DNA of 64,000 nucleotides, from contig CM119269.1 in NCBI GenBank assembly GCA_051294375.1, forward strand, positions 832,272-896,271. The letters are read 5' to 3'. The stretch comes from Paraspadella gotoi. Taxonomy: Eukaryota > Animalia > Chaetognatha. A model generated the notes under the pieces. The model worked only from the letters and a program-made list of their open reading frames with translations. It did no database searches and had not been told where the DNA came from. Each line of letters starts with the position of its first letter. Position 1 is the first letter of the stretch. A program made the position numbers and the translations under genes. Below, piece after piece: positions 1 through 12,464 of the stretch.

Positions 1-258
1 TGTTGTTGTTAGTTTTCAACTTTAATTAACCTATTTTTGACCAGGAAATTTAACAAATTTTACACATATAAGATTATTATAACTTATAAGTATTATAACA
101 CCATTTTTAATTCGCCACTAACGGCGAATCGATAAACTAAAAAAGAGGGGATTTATACGATGTAACAAACTTTGTTATGGTAGTCGATAAATCGTAAATG
201 AAACGCGTGGCGTCGAATATCGAACGAGACAAACAATTTGGTTTATTTTCGGCGCTAG

Positions 259-1811
259 ATGGTGGGCGGGTCCGTGGCAGCCGTGCTCTAAGTCATGTGG
301 CGTCGGCGGCGTCAAGCAAAGAACCGTTTTATGCGTCCAGGTGATTTCTCTCTTTTTTTTCTATTTATTTTTTTTTTAAACTCGTGTCTTTTTCAAAGTT
401 AAGAAGAAGCGTTGACATGAACAAAGTTAAACTGGTAAAACTTAATCATATGAGCTTGAACTGGTTTATTCTCAAAACCGAGAGTGGTAAAAAAATGATC
501 GAGTTGTGATCATTTTTTTTTACCAAAATGGGCCCAACGAGTTCTCGTGGGCGTGATCGAACGTGACAAGCGTGAGCCTTCCACGTGAGCTTTTCACGAT
601 CGATTTCTTTCGCCGACGCGTAAATTCTCCTTCATCGTTAATTCACACGAGGTTCACACTCGATAGTCGCACGTGAACGAATCACGAGCGGAAGACAGTC
701 TGCCGTTTTTAGATTTCAGCTTGGCGTTGCGGAATTTTAACCAAGTGTTTTTTATTCTTTTTTTTGTTTGTTAAACTTGTAAATCTATTTGGTTTCCTTC
801 GATCTCAAGATGGAAAAAGATGTATGAAAGGAGTTAAAAAACACTTTACGTGTTTTATGAAATAAGAAATTAACCAAAGAGAAAGATTTTCGAACTTCCC
901 TTTCTTCTACTTAAAAAAAACAAACATTGAGTGACATCGAAGTCTTCTCGTGTGCTTCAAGAAATGATATAAGGCGAACAATTAGCTAAATAAACTATAA
1001 GCCTAAAAGATCATAATAAAAACGCGTTAAGTTTCTGCAAACTTTATTCAATAAACAGAGAAAAATCATATTAGAAAATTGGCAGCTGCGCTTGTAAAAC
1101 AAAACGTCTGAGTACTCCTAAAAAATGTCGGATATAATATCTAGTTTTTCTTGGCCAAAGTTGTTAAAATCTTCATTCCAAGAAAAAAAATTTCTTTTTT
1201 GAAGATAAACTCGAGAGATTGTCAAAAGAATTCGGGTAAAAGCGCGAAAAAAAGGATCGTTTTTGACAAAAAGAAAAATTTTGGATGACAGTTTCTCGGA
1301 TCTAAAATATACAAATTATACATAGTAACTAATAATGCTTAAAATACAATGAGCGAAACTAATCTGCAACTAGTGTCCAACTTCTATCTCAGGCTCAGGG
1401 ACTCGAAACGCACATCCAGCTGAATTCGCGAGAGTGCGAAGGAATGAGAAAACCGCCGGAGAAGAAAGACTGTCACCACAAGGTCGCTTGCCCGCCGAGA
1501 GCCAAGTGGGTCACCGGCCGTTGGTCAGAAGTAAGTCTTTTCTTTTCTTTTTTTTATTAGTTTATTAATAAACGAGATAATTAAATAATATTATATGACT
1601 GAACCAATGAATTTAGAGTTTGATACATTCTGTGATTCTTAGACCTGCAAGGGCAACCCCTGCTCCTTCAAAAAGCGTCGGGTCTGGTGTAGCTCTTCTT
1701 CCATCCCATGTCTTTGGTCCGAACGCCCCTCCTCCGAGGAACAGTGCGCCAATATCACGTGCGGACGCTACGTCGCTGGCGAGTGGTCCGACGTGAGTAG
1801 AGGGTTTGGAC

Positions 1812-1895
<84 letters not shown>

Positions 1896-2122
1896 TTAAA
1901 AAAACAAGGTTTTTTAAATCTTTACAATTTTGAAATCAAAATTTAAAAAAAAAAAAAAAAACTAGCAGCAAGTATTCCTTCAATTCATTAACACTTGATG
2001 TTTGTTACTTTTCTCTTCCTTCAACCGAAAACAAGAACAAAAATCTTTCTGAATAATTAATATGACTTCAGGACTAAGAAATACGAGAAGAGCGATTCCA
2101 ATATTTCAGCTGAAATAACTTT

Positions 2123-2201
<79 letters not shown>

Positions 2202-4996
2202 TCTCTCTCTCACACACACCTAGTGCACACGATCCTGTGACGGTGGCGTGCAGTTTCGTAAAGTGTCGTGCGTGCATGGAGTCGCGTGCAACCCTCGGGA
2301 AAAGCCAAGTGAAGATCGTGCGTGCAACGAACGCCCGTGTCCGACGACAACGACGACGACGACAACCAGCACGACGACGACGACTAAGGTAAAGCCGATT
2401 ATGAAATATAAACTTGGAGGAATAAATGAAATCTCATTATACAGTATTTACATTTGTGCTTTTCAAAATAAATTTTAAATTTTGTTCCTTTTTTTTTCTG
2501 TCGCTTTTCAGACGCATGCGTCGTCGTCTTCGTCGTCTTCACCATCGGCGGATTCAGCAGGTAATCCTGATATATCTCGTTGCGCCTTTCCTTGACGTTT
2601 TTTATTATCGCTTGGCTGGAGGGAAGGAATTATAAACATAAAAAAAAAAACAAAAAAATACATATTTTATTTCTTCCTATCGGTTTTTAGTGAAGGCTAT
2701 TTCTTTAATAATACCTGACAACTAACGCAGTAATCAGTAAAGTTAGAATTAAATTATAAACAAAAGTATATCTTTCAAACTCAAAGCGGAATGTGTTTTT
2801 TCCCACAGATTCCTCCCCGAGAACGCCATTGTCTTCTTCCTCCTCATCCGACCACACCACTCCGACACCCGTTTCTCCAATTCGCCACACCCTTCGTCCC
2901 TCCACCACCCGAAACCCCGAGGCTCTGGACAATCGCATCTCCGCTCCTACCGATGACGACGATTCAGAAGCCGTCGCCGACGACGTTCAAGAAAAGACCA
3001 ACGTCTTGGAGTGGCCCGTCGATGCCGAAGACCCCGAGAAAGACCGCGGTCCTGCGGGCGGCGTGCCTGACGGGCGGCGTTCGCTGGCGCCTCGTCTCGT
3101 CGTGCCCGACCTCTTCCTCGGCGTTCCGCGGAATCGCGTGATCCAACCGACGCGAAGACCGGAGAAAGCGCGACTGGGGATGTTCGCTTGGCGGTCGGGA
3201 GAGTGGAGCGGCTGCAGCGTCTCCTGCGGCGGCGGGGTCAGAATCAGGTGAGTCCCGCTGCGTTAGAACTTAAACCGACCCGCAGTTCGATCAATTGAAG
3301 AAAACTAAGAGGTATTTTCGCCAGGTTGACAGAGTGTTCGGACGTGAAGACGGGATGGAAGACGAATCCCAAGATGTGCGTCGGGACTGAGAAGCCTAGA
3401 ATCAGGGAGAAGTGCAACGTGGCTCCCTGCGGGGAATGGCAGGCCGAACCCTGGGGAGAGGTGAATACAAATTGTTCCATATCCCATTGAGAAGTTTCAT
3501 TTATCGTCGTTTACTTTTCAGTAATGCCGCAGTTAGTCGTTTTTTTCTCCTCGCCGTCCTTTTATTTCTCCAGTGTTCCGTGACCTGCGGCGTCGGCGTC
3601 CAAACCCGCACCGTCTCTTGCGCCGACGACAGACTCTGCGCGGTCGAGACGCGACCTTCGAAGCGGCGGAGCTGTGGAGGAGGAGACTGCGTTCAGTGGG
3701 TCGTCGGGGACTGGAGCAACGTAGGTCCTTGTTTTTACCCACCAAAACTTACGCATTCTTAAACGCTTAAACCCATTATCTCAGTGTCCAGTAACTTGCG
3801 GCGGCGGACAGCAAAACCGCCTCGTGCAGTGCGTTGACTCAACGAAGCAGCAGCGCGGCGAGGGCTGCGACGTCGCGCTCAAGCCTGTCGTGGTGCAGAG
3901 TTGCAACGTCGCCTCGTGTCCAGAGACGCGATCCGCGCTTCGTCGAAAATGCGCCAACAAATTCTCGTAAGTCAGTTGATTTGTGGATTTTGAATGTTGA
4001 AGTGAAGTAAAATTTCTTAGATTCAAATAAATTAACATGAAAAATCTTCATTCTCGAAATCTAGGTACCCAGTGTGTGTGGCTCTGCAGAGGATGGGTCA
4101 GTGCAAGACGCGGTATGTGTCGATCATGTGCTGCCTCGAGTGTCGCCGCGCAGCTTTAAAGGCAGCGCACTATGCCATGGAACAGAGGAAAGAGTGGATG
4201 CAGCAGCAGAAGCAACAGCACTGGAAGAAAATGCAGGAGCGAGAACAGGTTCGGGATCGTGATTGATTGAACAATGCTTGAACAATGCTTACAATGTAAC
4301 TGCGCTCGTTTCTTAATTGATTTGTGTGTCAAGGGTAAGTCGACGATCGAGAAAAAGTAATAAACAAAGTTTATGTAAAATTAAGAGGACTACTACGCAG
4401 AAGTGGCTTACTATTCGAATTCGAAAGAGATTATTAGGTGGTCGTGTTTAGTTACACATAATTGATAATCGTCTCAGGGACTCGAAACGACAAACTTAAT
4501 CGAAAATAGCGATGAAGACGAAAACGACGACGAAGAAAAAGACTCCGACGTGTCCGACCAACTCGGGGACAACGACCTCCTCCTGGGTGACGAGATTCCA
4601 TCCATCGAGAGTCAACCCGGAGCGGAACTTTATCGCGAGGAGGAAGCGGAGGTACGGCGTCGGAGGCACGAAAAACGGCACCGTCAAGCAGCGCCGCAGC
4701 GTCCATCTGGTCTGCAGAGTACGCAGCGGTGGCGTCCAACGTCGGACAGGCCGCAGAGGAGGAGGAATCGCATGAAACACCGAAGGAAGGATAAACTTCC
4801 AGGCGAACGACATAAAGGTTCGGGTGTCGATGTCGATTTTCTCGTTTCATTGTTGAATTTAACCGATCGTCTATCATCGAATGCAGACAATAACGAGAAG
4901 AGTCAGCGTCGGATCCGCCACCCGTGGAGTCACCATCATTTCCGGAAGTCGCTCGCGTCTCCGCCTAAGCTCAACAGTCTTTATTACCAGGTTTAA
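259..4996 (+). CDS. ADAMTS-family protease, C-terminal part (TSP1 repeats, mucin-like spacer, TSP1 repeats, PLAC); ADAMTS7/12-like architecture; 5' end lies outside the window
   Basis: GT-AG exons at about 259-340, 1393-1530, 1643-1792, 2224-2388, 2512-2560, 2809-3247, 3325-3460, 3574-3720, 3785-3967, 4065-4248, 4478-4996 splice in frame. Repeated WxxGxWSxCSxxCGGGxxxR TSP1 motifs, a Thr/Ser/Pro-rich spacer, and PLAC motif [32 protein letters not shown]; stop TAA at 4994-4996. Confidence 0.88.
1817..2210. repeat. Two (CT)n microsatellites in an ADAMTS intron (1817-1891 and about 2126-2210); a third at about 5146-5245
   Basis: Directly visible dinucleotide runs; they generate the spurious ER-repeat ORFs. 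Confidence 0.97.
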
Positions 4997-5146
4997 AATA
5001 TTCCTCTAAGTTTAACGTAGGTTTAACGTAACTCTCCTCAAGAACGAATTATATTCATCCCATTTTTTTTTACAGCAAACACGACCAGAGTCCCGACGAA
5101 AATCAAGAAGTTGATTCTCTCGCCATTTTTTTTTTTCGTCGTGCAT

Positions 5147-5177
<31 letters not shown>

Positions 5178-5189
5178 GCTCTCGCTCTC

Positions 5190-5222
<33 letters not shown>

Positions 5223-6046
5223 CTCTCGCTCTCGGTCTCTTCTCTACTTTTTCGTTATGCCAATTACCGTTCTGTACCTTTGTGATATTTTCAGTTAATT
5301 GTAAATTTTTTTAGTACTATGTTATTGTAGGAAATACAATGAATTCGACATTATGCTGAAATTGGCGTCTTCAATTGCATGGAGCTACAGCTTGGCCAGT
5401 GAATCTGTATTGTAGTAATGTAGACGAAGTTTTAGAAAAATAGTTAATTCAAATAACTTAGTCCTGTGCATAAAAAACGCATCACTTTATTTTAGACTTT
5501 AAAAATCATCCTATATACTTAATTTTTTTTTAAATTAAAAAGTGATTTAAAGTTTATTAAAAAATGATAAGTTTGACATAAATTTTATTAAAATTGGGCA
5601 ATCCATTTAGGAGCAATCATTTTTTTAAAATGAAGTACTCTACCGCAAAGCTGAATGCAAAAAAAATCTGATAGATTTAAGACTAATCTTTTTTCTTTTG
5701 ATATTTTACAATACTTGAGGTAGATTAAAAATTTAAAAAAATAAACTGTACATCCGGAAGAGTCGCTGCACAACTGGATTGCCCAAGATCCCTAAATAAT
5801 AATCTTAAGGTTATTAAAACATACGATGAAAGACGGGTTCCTGATTCTGAAGCTTTTACAGGGATTTTAAATGGGAGTGAAATGAAATGATCAAATATTG
5901 TGACTAAATTATCTGATATAGCGATTTCAGATTTTGTACCCTGGTAAAAAAAACGCTGATGTTTTTTTTTTAAACTCCCATTGGGAGTCCCAATAGTCCA
6001 GCTTGCTTATCAATGGCATGATCGAAATTCAAAAAAACAAAAGATA

Positions 6047-6132
6047 ATGACATAGCAGGTCCCTGCAAGCTTTCAATCAACTCTCTCGCAGTCTTGTTTA
6101 TTCGCTCCCAGAGTACCTGGCTTCCCAATCAA
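6047..6132 (+). repeat. Short dispersed repeat (~85 bp); further copies at about 6772-6840 (inverted), 35967-36053 and 45057-45105
   Basis: Shared core ACATAGCAGGTCCC..AAGCTTTCAATCAA.CTCTCTCGCAGTCT.GTTTATTC...GGCTTC.CAATC seen at four places. Confidence 0.75.
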
Positions 6133-7114
6133 TTTTATTTAATATATATTTATTATTTAATATTAAAGAAAGCAAAAATATCCTTACATAATACGTTGTA
6201 TTTGTTAGAGAACGACGTACATGGAATATGACGTTACCAATTTGTTTCCTCATAATACGTAATAATGATGAACAGGGCATAAAGGGCATTTTAAAACCTT
6301 TAAAGCGTGTCGACACACGCTCGTACACGCAGTTACACGTGCGTTCAAGACGCGCAGGCGTGACGCGCTCGCGAGGCGTATTTAAGGAAAGACGAGACTG
6401 GAAACGGAAACCGAGCCGCTTTTTCTTCATCTAAATTTTCCCGCTTTAATTTTTTCACGTAAGTACGTATTCGACGGGGAAAGCTTGAAAAAAAATGTTT
6501 TGTTTATTGGTTTTATTTATTATTTTTTTGTTTTTGTTAAACCCATTTAAAAATTTTCACGTTGTGAATGAGGTCATTTACCAAAAAATTGTAGAATATT
6601 AACTACATTAACCAAATATTACTCAAACTATGCTGCAATAACAGTCTGATTATATGACTATATGAATATAACTACCTATTCCTTTTATATAATCACATGA
6701 CTGCAAAAGTTTGAAACATGCATGTCTTGTTACATAACTTTACCCTAGTTATAACCATTTATAACCATTTAAAGATAGGGAAGCCAGATACTCTGTGAGA
6801 GTGTCTTGATTGAAAACTTGCAGGGATGTGCTATATCATTATCTTGTAAGAGTGATAAAGGCCATAGACCACCATGAATGAATAATCTTAGATCGGTATT
6901 ACCAATTTTATACATTGGTTTTACCAATCTTACAAATGGGATAGAGCAACAAACAGACTGACCGAAAAGAAACTTTTAGAGTTGCTCTGCGAGTATACTC
7001 CAGTTAAACATGTACTACAGGCTGTAGTTACTAAATCCTAGAACCGTGGAATCCATTGACATAAGACCCGGCCTTTTGCAATCGATACTTTCCTGCAGAC
7101 GCGGCGACGACCAA

Positions 7115-8527
7115 ATGGGCCTGAAGGGCGAGTCGTGGCGGCGCTCGGTCTCGGGTTACCTGTTCTTCGCTTTCGCCGTCTTCCTCGTCTTCATTCAATC
7201 GGCGGATTCGAAGGCCGCTTCGTTTCCATGGCGACGACATGGAGAACCCGATATCGACTCTCTTGAAGGCGAGTAACAGAGGTGGACCCAGTCCGGGTCG
7301 AATGTCAATATACAATTGGAAAAATTCAGGGAACCTCTAGCTTGATTTGCTTTAAATATAATTCGTTAAATGGCCAAATTTGTCAAAAGCAACCTAAATC
7401 AGCTACTATTCAGAATAAAATAACTTTTAAGTATAAAGTTTAACTTATGAATGAAGGATAAGAGTTGGGTTAAGCAATTGGTTAACGATTTGGTTAAGAA
7501 TAAGAAATAAGGTTTAGCATTAGGGATTAAGTGTATGGATTTGGTTTGAAGATTAAGGTTTAGGGTTAAGCATTAGGTTAGGGTTAAGAATTGGTTTAAT
7601 TTTTATTATCTAATTATAATTAACTATTTGGGTTAAAATAAATTACAGGCGTTCGGAACAGAAATGAGCCGCTTTAAAAAAATAGTGCCTATAAGGCTTC
7701 CAATTCCAATTTAGCTAAATCATTTTAAGATTTATAACAGTTTGAGGAGTTTTAATGATTGGTTGACCTAGACGAGGGTAAGATAGCTTATCTATTGAAT
7801 GAATGAACAATTTTTTGCGGTTTAAACAACAACAACAACAATTATGTACCAATTTCATATATGAGACCGACAGAAAAAAATATCATTAAAACTTAAATCA
7901 TACTAAAGTTTAATTTTAACATAAATTCGTTATTATTTTCTCTAAAATATTAATTTTTTTCTATAGCCGGAGGAAGAGACGACGTGAGAGAAAATGAGAA
8001 TGAAATCCTTTACAATGCTTTGGATACCATACTAAGAGGTTTGACACAAATAATAATAAAAAGTTGCAGTCATTGTGCCGGTTGTGCCCGTATGAGTATT
8101 AATGTTTTACTAAATTCTACTCTTACTTTTCACGTCAGACGCCGCATCCTCTCAACTGGACGAAGAAAAAAGTTCGAGCATCGATAGAATTTCAAACAAC
8201 GATTCTGGAATAAAGCAAACTGAAAAAAGGTGAGAAAAAATTTTACTCACGCGACTTTTCACTAAAAGTGAGTTTAGACGTAAACTGAAATGTCAGTTTT
8301 TCGATCCTTTCGTTCGATCGGAGACATCGTGACACTTTGTCGTCTTTATACTGATTTGAACTGCTGAAAACAAGTTGCTTCGTTGCAGGAGTCGAATTTG
8401 TGGAACTCACAACGATGCTTGCTCCTATGGGGATGAGGGCGCTTGCTGCGGTGGTTATCGATGTAAATGCTCTTTCTTGGGCTCCAATTGTAGATGTAGA
8501 AGATGTTATTTTTCTATTTGGTGCTGA
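7115..8527 (+). CDS. Agatoxin-like peptide (ALP / U8-agatoxin-like inhibitor cystine knot) prepropeptide
   Basis: Exons 7115-7268 (GC donor), 7967-8038, 8139-8229, 8389-8527 give signal peptide MGLKGESWRRSVSGYLFFAFAVFLVFIQSADS, an acidic propeptide, a KR site, then SRICGTHNDACSYGDEGACCGGYRCKCSFLGSNCRCRRCYFSIWC* with the C-C-CC-CxC-GxNCxC framework. Confidence 0.85.
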
Positions 8528-9169
8528 ATGTTAAAATCGATAGGGTCCTACGAGGGTGTGGTTTCGACTATTAATTAAATCACGGATTAAAAACCAGTTG
8601 ATGTTAGTGCTTTTGTTCAAACCGGTTAATTTTACATTATAGAATGATATAACAAGTTCGACTGAAACAAGGCAGCAAAGTACATATCAAACAATTCATG
8701 ATCAACGATGAATAAGATCAATTTCATCACTTATGCATACGTAAAACATATAACATAATATAGTCTTTAAGTCTCATTTCGTTACGTATTTGTTCTTTAT
8801 GTAAACCAAACCGCAATATTTGCTTACAAATTGTCTTGATGAATCATTGAAAATAAAGGAGACCTGCTCTAACTCTTAAGTTTTATTTACTAATGTTAGA
8901 ATAAAAAAGTTGTCAAATTGAACCGATTAGCTACTAAGATCACAGACTCTCTCTTTGCGGTCTCTATCAAGATTATTTCCATGTTCTCTGAGAAACAATA
9001 TAACAGTGGCTGCGCCAATACATGTAAATCGCTTTCAAGGGCTTAAACTGAACTGCTACTGCGGCATTATAATAAAAAATAATATAAGTTACAAATAAGT
9101 TTACTTTTTTTTAATTGCATCATTTTTTAAATTTGCATCATTCTCTTTAACTTGAATCATTCTCTTTAC

Positions 9170-11569
9170 CAGGGATGCTGGAGGCGGTGAATTTCGCCCG
9201 CCTCCACTCCCCGCCTCCCGAGACCCCCTCGCCTCCGGTTTTGCGTTCGCCTCTCATTTTTTTAGCCCGGATCGCCTCCGCGTTCGCCTCTTGACGCCTC
9301 CGGCTTTTTGTTTAAAAATTTTATTTATAGTTTTGTATTTGATAATATGTTTTTTTAATTCAGATCAATGGATCATGAAAAAACTTTCAATTTGTTATGT
9401 TTAAAATTAATAAATAAATAAATAAATAATTTTTTTTTTTTTTAAATGTATATGTTTTAACTTTTTTCAAATCTTTTAACAAAATATATATTTTAAACAA
9501 TTTTTGCAAGACATTTTAAAGAGAGAGGGAGAGAGAGGGAGAAAGAGAAAGAAAGAAAGAAAAAAAAAGAAATGGGGAGAGAAAGAGATAAAGCTTCTAA
9601 AAAATACTTAGGAAAAGGATATTATTGAGATAAAAATAAAATTTATTTTTATATGACTTTATTTCATTTCTTTTTTATTTACTCTTATTCTCTTCACTCA
9701 CTCTTTTTCCTCTTTCTCTCTCTCTTACTTTCTCTGTATTCCTTTATTTTTTATTTTACTTTATTTTTTTTCTATTTCTTTTTTTTACTTTCCAATCAAA
9801 CATTTTATTAATTTAATATGATTAATTAAATTAAAAAAAGAAATATATTATTTTACTAATTGTTTAAAAAAATATCAATTAAAAATCAAAAAATGTTAGT
9901 AGTATTCCAAATCAGTAAAAATCGAATTGTATAATTTCTTAAAAAAATTATAATATTACCATAATTTTATATATTTTATTATTTGGCATTAGAAAAAAAT
10001 TTCTTTCTGTTTTTTCAATTCAAGCTGAAAGTTTTTAGTTTTACTTAGAATAAAAAAAACAAAAATGCTGGATCTGATGACGATCATTAGCGATAATTAA
10101 TTAATTAGTTAAAATAATAATTAATTAGTTTCTTATATATTAATTAATTAATAAATTAATTATTCTTACAAACTAACAACAAATGGATAATTGTTATATT
10201 GTTTGTACCAATTTTATGAATTGTTTTTTATAAATAAATTGATAATTTAAATTTTAATTATAAAAATTAAAACCATATAAGTTAAAAGGTAATATAAATT
10301 TAAAAAAATTACAAAAAGGAGAAAAATAATATAAGTTAAAAAATAATATAAGTTAAGAAAATAAGGCAAGTTTAAAAAAATGCTGCAATTTGAAAAAAAA
10401 ATGATGCAAGTTGAAAAATGATATAGGTTAAAAAATTATGCATTCAAAAAATGATGCGAGATAAAAAATGATTTAAAATTAAAAAATGATATAAGGTGCA
10501 AAAATGATGTAAGTTAAAAAATAATGCAAATCAAAAAATAATGTAAATCAAAAAAATATTATAAATCAAAAAAATAATGGAAGTAAAAAAATGATGCAAG
10601 TTTCAAAAATAATGCAAATTAAAAACAATGAAATGAATTAAAAAATGATGCAAGTTAAAAAATTAATGCAAATCAAAAAAAATATACAACTTTAAAAATG
10701 AAGCTAGTTTAAAAAAATGATGCAAGTTAAAAAAATGATCAAGATAAAAGCATGATGCAAGTGGAAAAATAATACAAATTAAAAAAATAATGCAATTCAA
10801 AAAATTATATAGGTTAAAAATAATGCAAATTAAAAATATGATTCGAGTTGTAAAATTAATATAAATAAAAAATAATCCATGTTAAAAAATTATGCCAGTT
10901 GAAAAAAATGATGCCAGTTAAAATAATAATGCAAATCAAAAAAGATCCAAGTTAAAAAAATGATGCTAGAGATAAAAAAATTATTTGATTAATAAAATCA
11001 ATAAAGTAAATGAATAAATAGAATAGAATTATGAATAAATGATTTAATTAAATATTCATAGGAATAAATTAACAAATTTAATTAATTATTCATAGGAATA
11101 AATTAACAAATTTAATTAAATAATCATAGGAATAAATTAACAAATTAATTATCTTTTATTTAAAATAAAAAAATTGAGTGAATGAATGTATTAAAAGAAA
11201 AAGATATAAAATATATGCTTATGTACAACTTATTAGATAAAAAAATATAAACAGAACCAAATTTTTTTTTTGAATAAAAAATATGTTAATAAAAAACAAT
11301 GGCAGCTGATAAACGCTTCAGAATTTAGCAATATCTAAATTTGAAAAAAAAGAACAATTTTTGGAACAATAGAAAGGTTTAATTTGGCAAAAACCTTTTG
11401 ATTTTCGCCTATAAAAACAAAAGCACAAGAGGCGAACGCGCAACGTTTTTTGCGCCTCCGCATTCGTCTCCCTTCTCCCCAATTTTTGACTCTTGTCCAA
11501 GTTCGCCACCTCAAAAAACATGCGCCTCGCGCGTTTCCACTCCGCCTCCGGATCGCGTCTGCATCTCTG
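9170..11569. mobile_element. Non-autonomous hAT (Ac/Ds-like) DNA transposon, 2400 bp
   Basis: Termini CAGGGATGC ... GCATCTCTG (one mismatch), 8-bp target duplication CTCTTTAC at 9162-9169 and 11570-11577, clustered subterminal CGCCTC motifs at both ends, AT-rich non-coding interior; empty site (CTTTTTAC) at about 15375-15382. Confidence 0.92.
10270..10980 (-). repeat. Degenerate ~17-18 bp minisatellite (AAAAAATGATGCAAGTT); opposite-orientation arrays at about 9110-9160, 11580-11770 and 15325-15600, a further array at about 51010-51190
   Basis: Dozens of visible unit variants. Confidence 0.85.
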
Positions 11570-12322
11570 CTCTTTACTTGTATTATTTTTTTAAACTTAC
11601 ATCATTTTTTTAACTTGCATCATTATTTTTAACTGCATCGTTTTTTAACTTGCATCATTTTTTAAACTTGCATCATTTTTTAACTTGCATCATTTTTTTG
11701 ACTTGAATAATTTTTTCAATTTTCTTCATTTTTTAATTTTCTTCATTTTTTCAATCGCATCATTTTTTCAATTTTTTTTAATATGTAAATTGCTATTTTG
11801 TGTAAAGCGAAGCAAGTGAAGAATAGGTGGGTGCAGACAAACGATCAAATATCTATATAAATCAATAGGAATCTAAACCAAAATGCTGTTAGTAAGAAAT
11901 GAATGAAAACCTCCTAGTAGGAGAGGAGAGGATGAAAAAAAAAATGACAGGAAAAAAAAAGAGGAGGACGTTGAGGCTCAGAGATGAACCGGAGGCCTGG
12001 GTTAGTCTTTGGTTGGGAAAGGCTGGCAGGGAACGTTATGCCATAACTTATGGGTGGGGTTTTGGCTTGGCATAAGGCGGGACACCTGGTAGGGTTAGGC
12101 CACTTCCCGGGCCTATTTTTAATTTTTATCATTGGCGCTATCGCCATGGCTTAGTCCCCAACCAATTAAAACTATCCTATATTTCTTGTCGTAAAAAAGT
12201 AGTAACTTTTTTTTGCTCCGCAGAGTATGGAAGAAGAACAAGAAGGGTCATTCCAATGTGTTGCGCCGCAGTGATTGTCTTTCACATGTATTTATGGGTG
12301 ATTACGTGCCTACTGTAACTTT

Positions 12323-12425
12323 TTTTAGGTTTTATTTCTTGAGACGTGATAATTTGTAAAGAGTGAGGTTATTTGTAACCGCGACCCATGACCTTCCGGT
12401 CCGTCTCAAGAAATAAAACCTAAAA
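12323..12425. repeat. Perfect 24-bp inverted repeat around a 55-bp spacer (tiny MITE-like fold-back); second copy 16157-16259
   Basis: TTTTAGGTTTTATTTCTTGAGACG (12323-12346) and CGTCTCAAGAAATAAAACCTAAAA (12402-12425). Confidence 0.8.
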
Positions 12426-12464
12426 CCTAAATTTTGGGTTATATGATCGCTTTTTCAGGTGATC

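Noticed and set aside
1613-2277. ER-repeat ORFs on the minus strand
   Set aside because: Translation of (CT)n microsatellites.
7460-7635. GGGTTA-like runs (also TAACCC-like at about 36890-37110) as interstitial telomere
   Set aside because: Too degenerate; more likely part of a common repeat.
11050-11150. Three ~30-bp direct repeats as CRISPR-like array
   Set aside because: No spacers, AT-rich tandem repeat inside a eukaryotic transposon.
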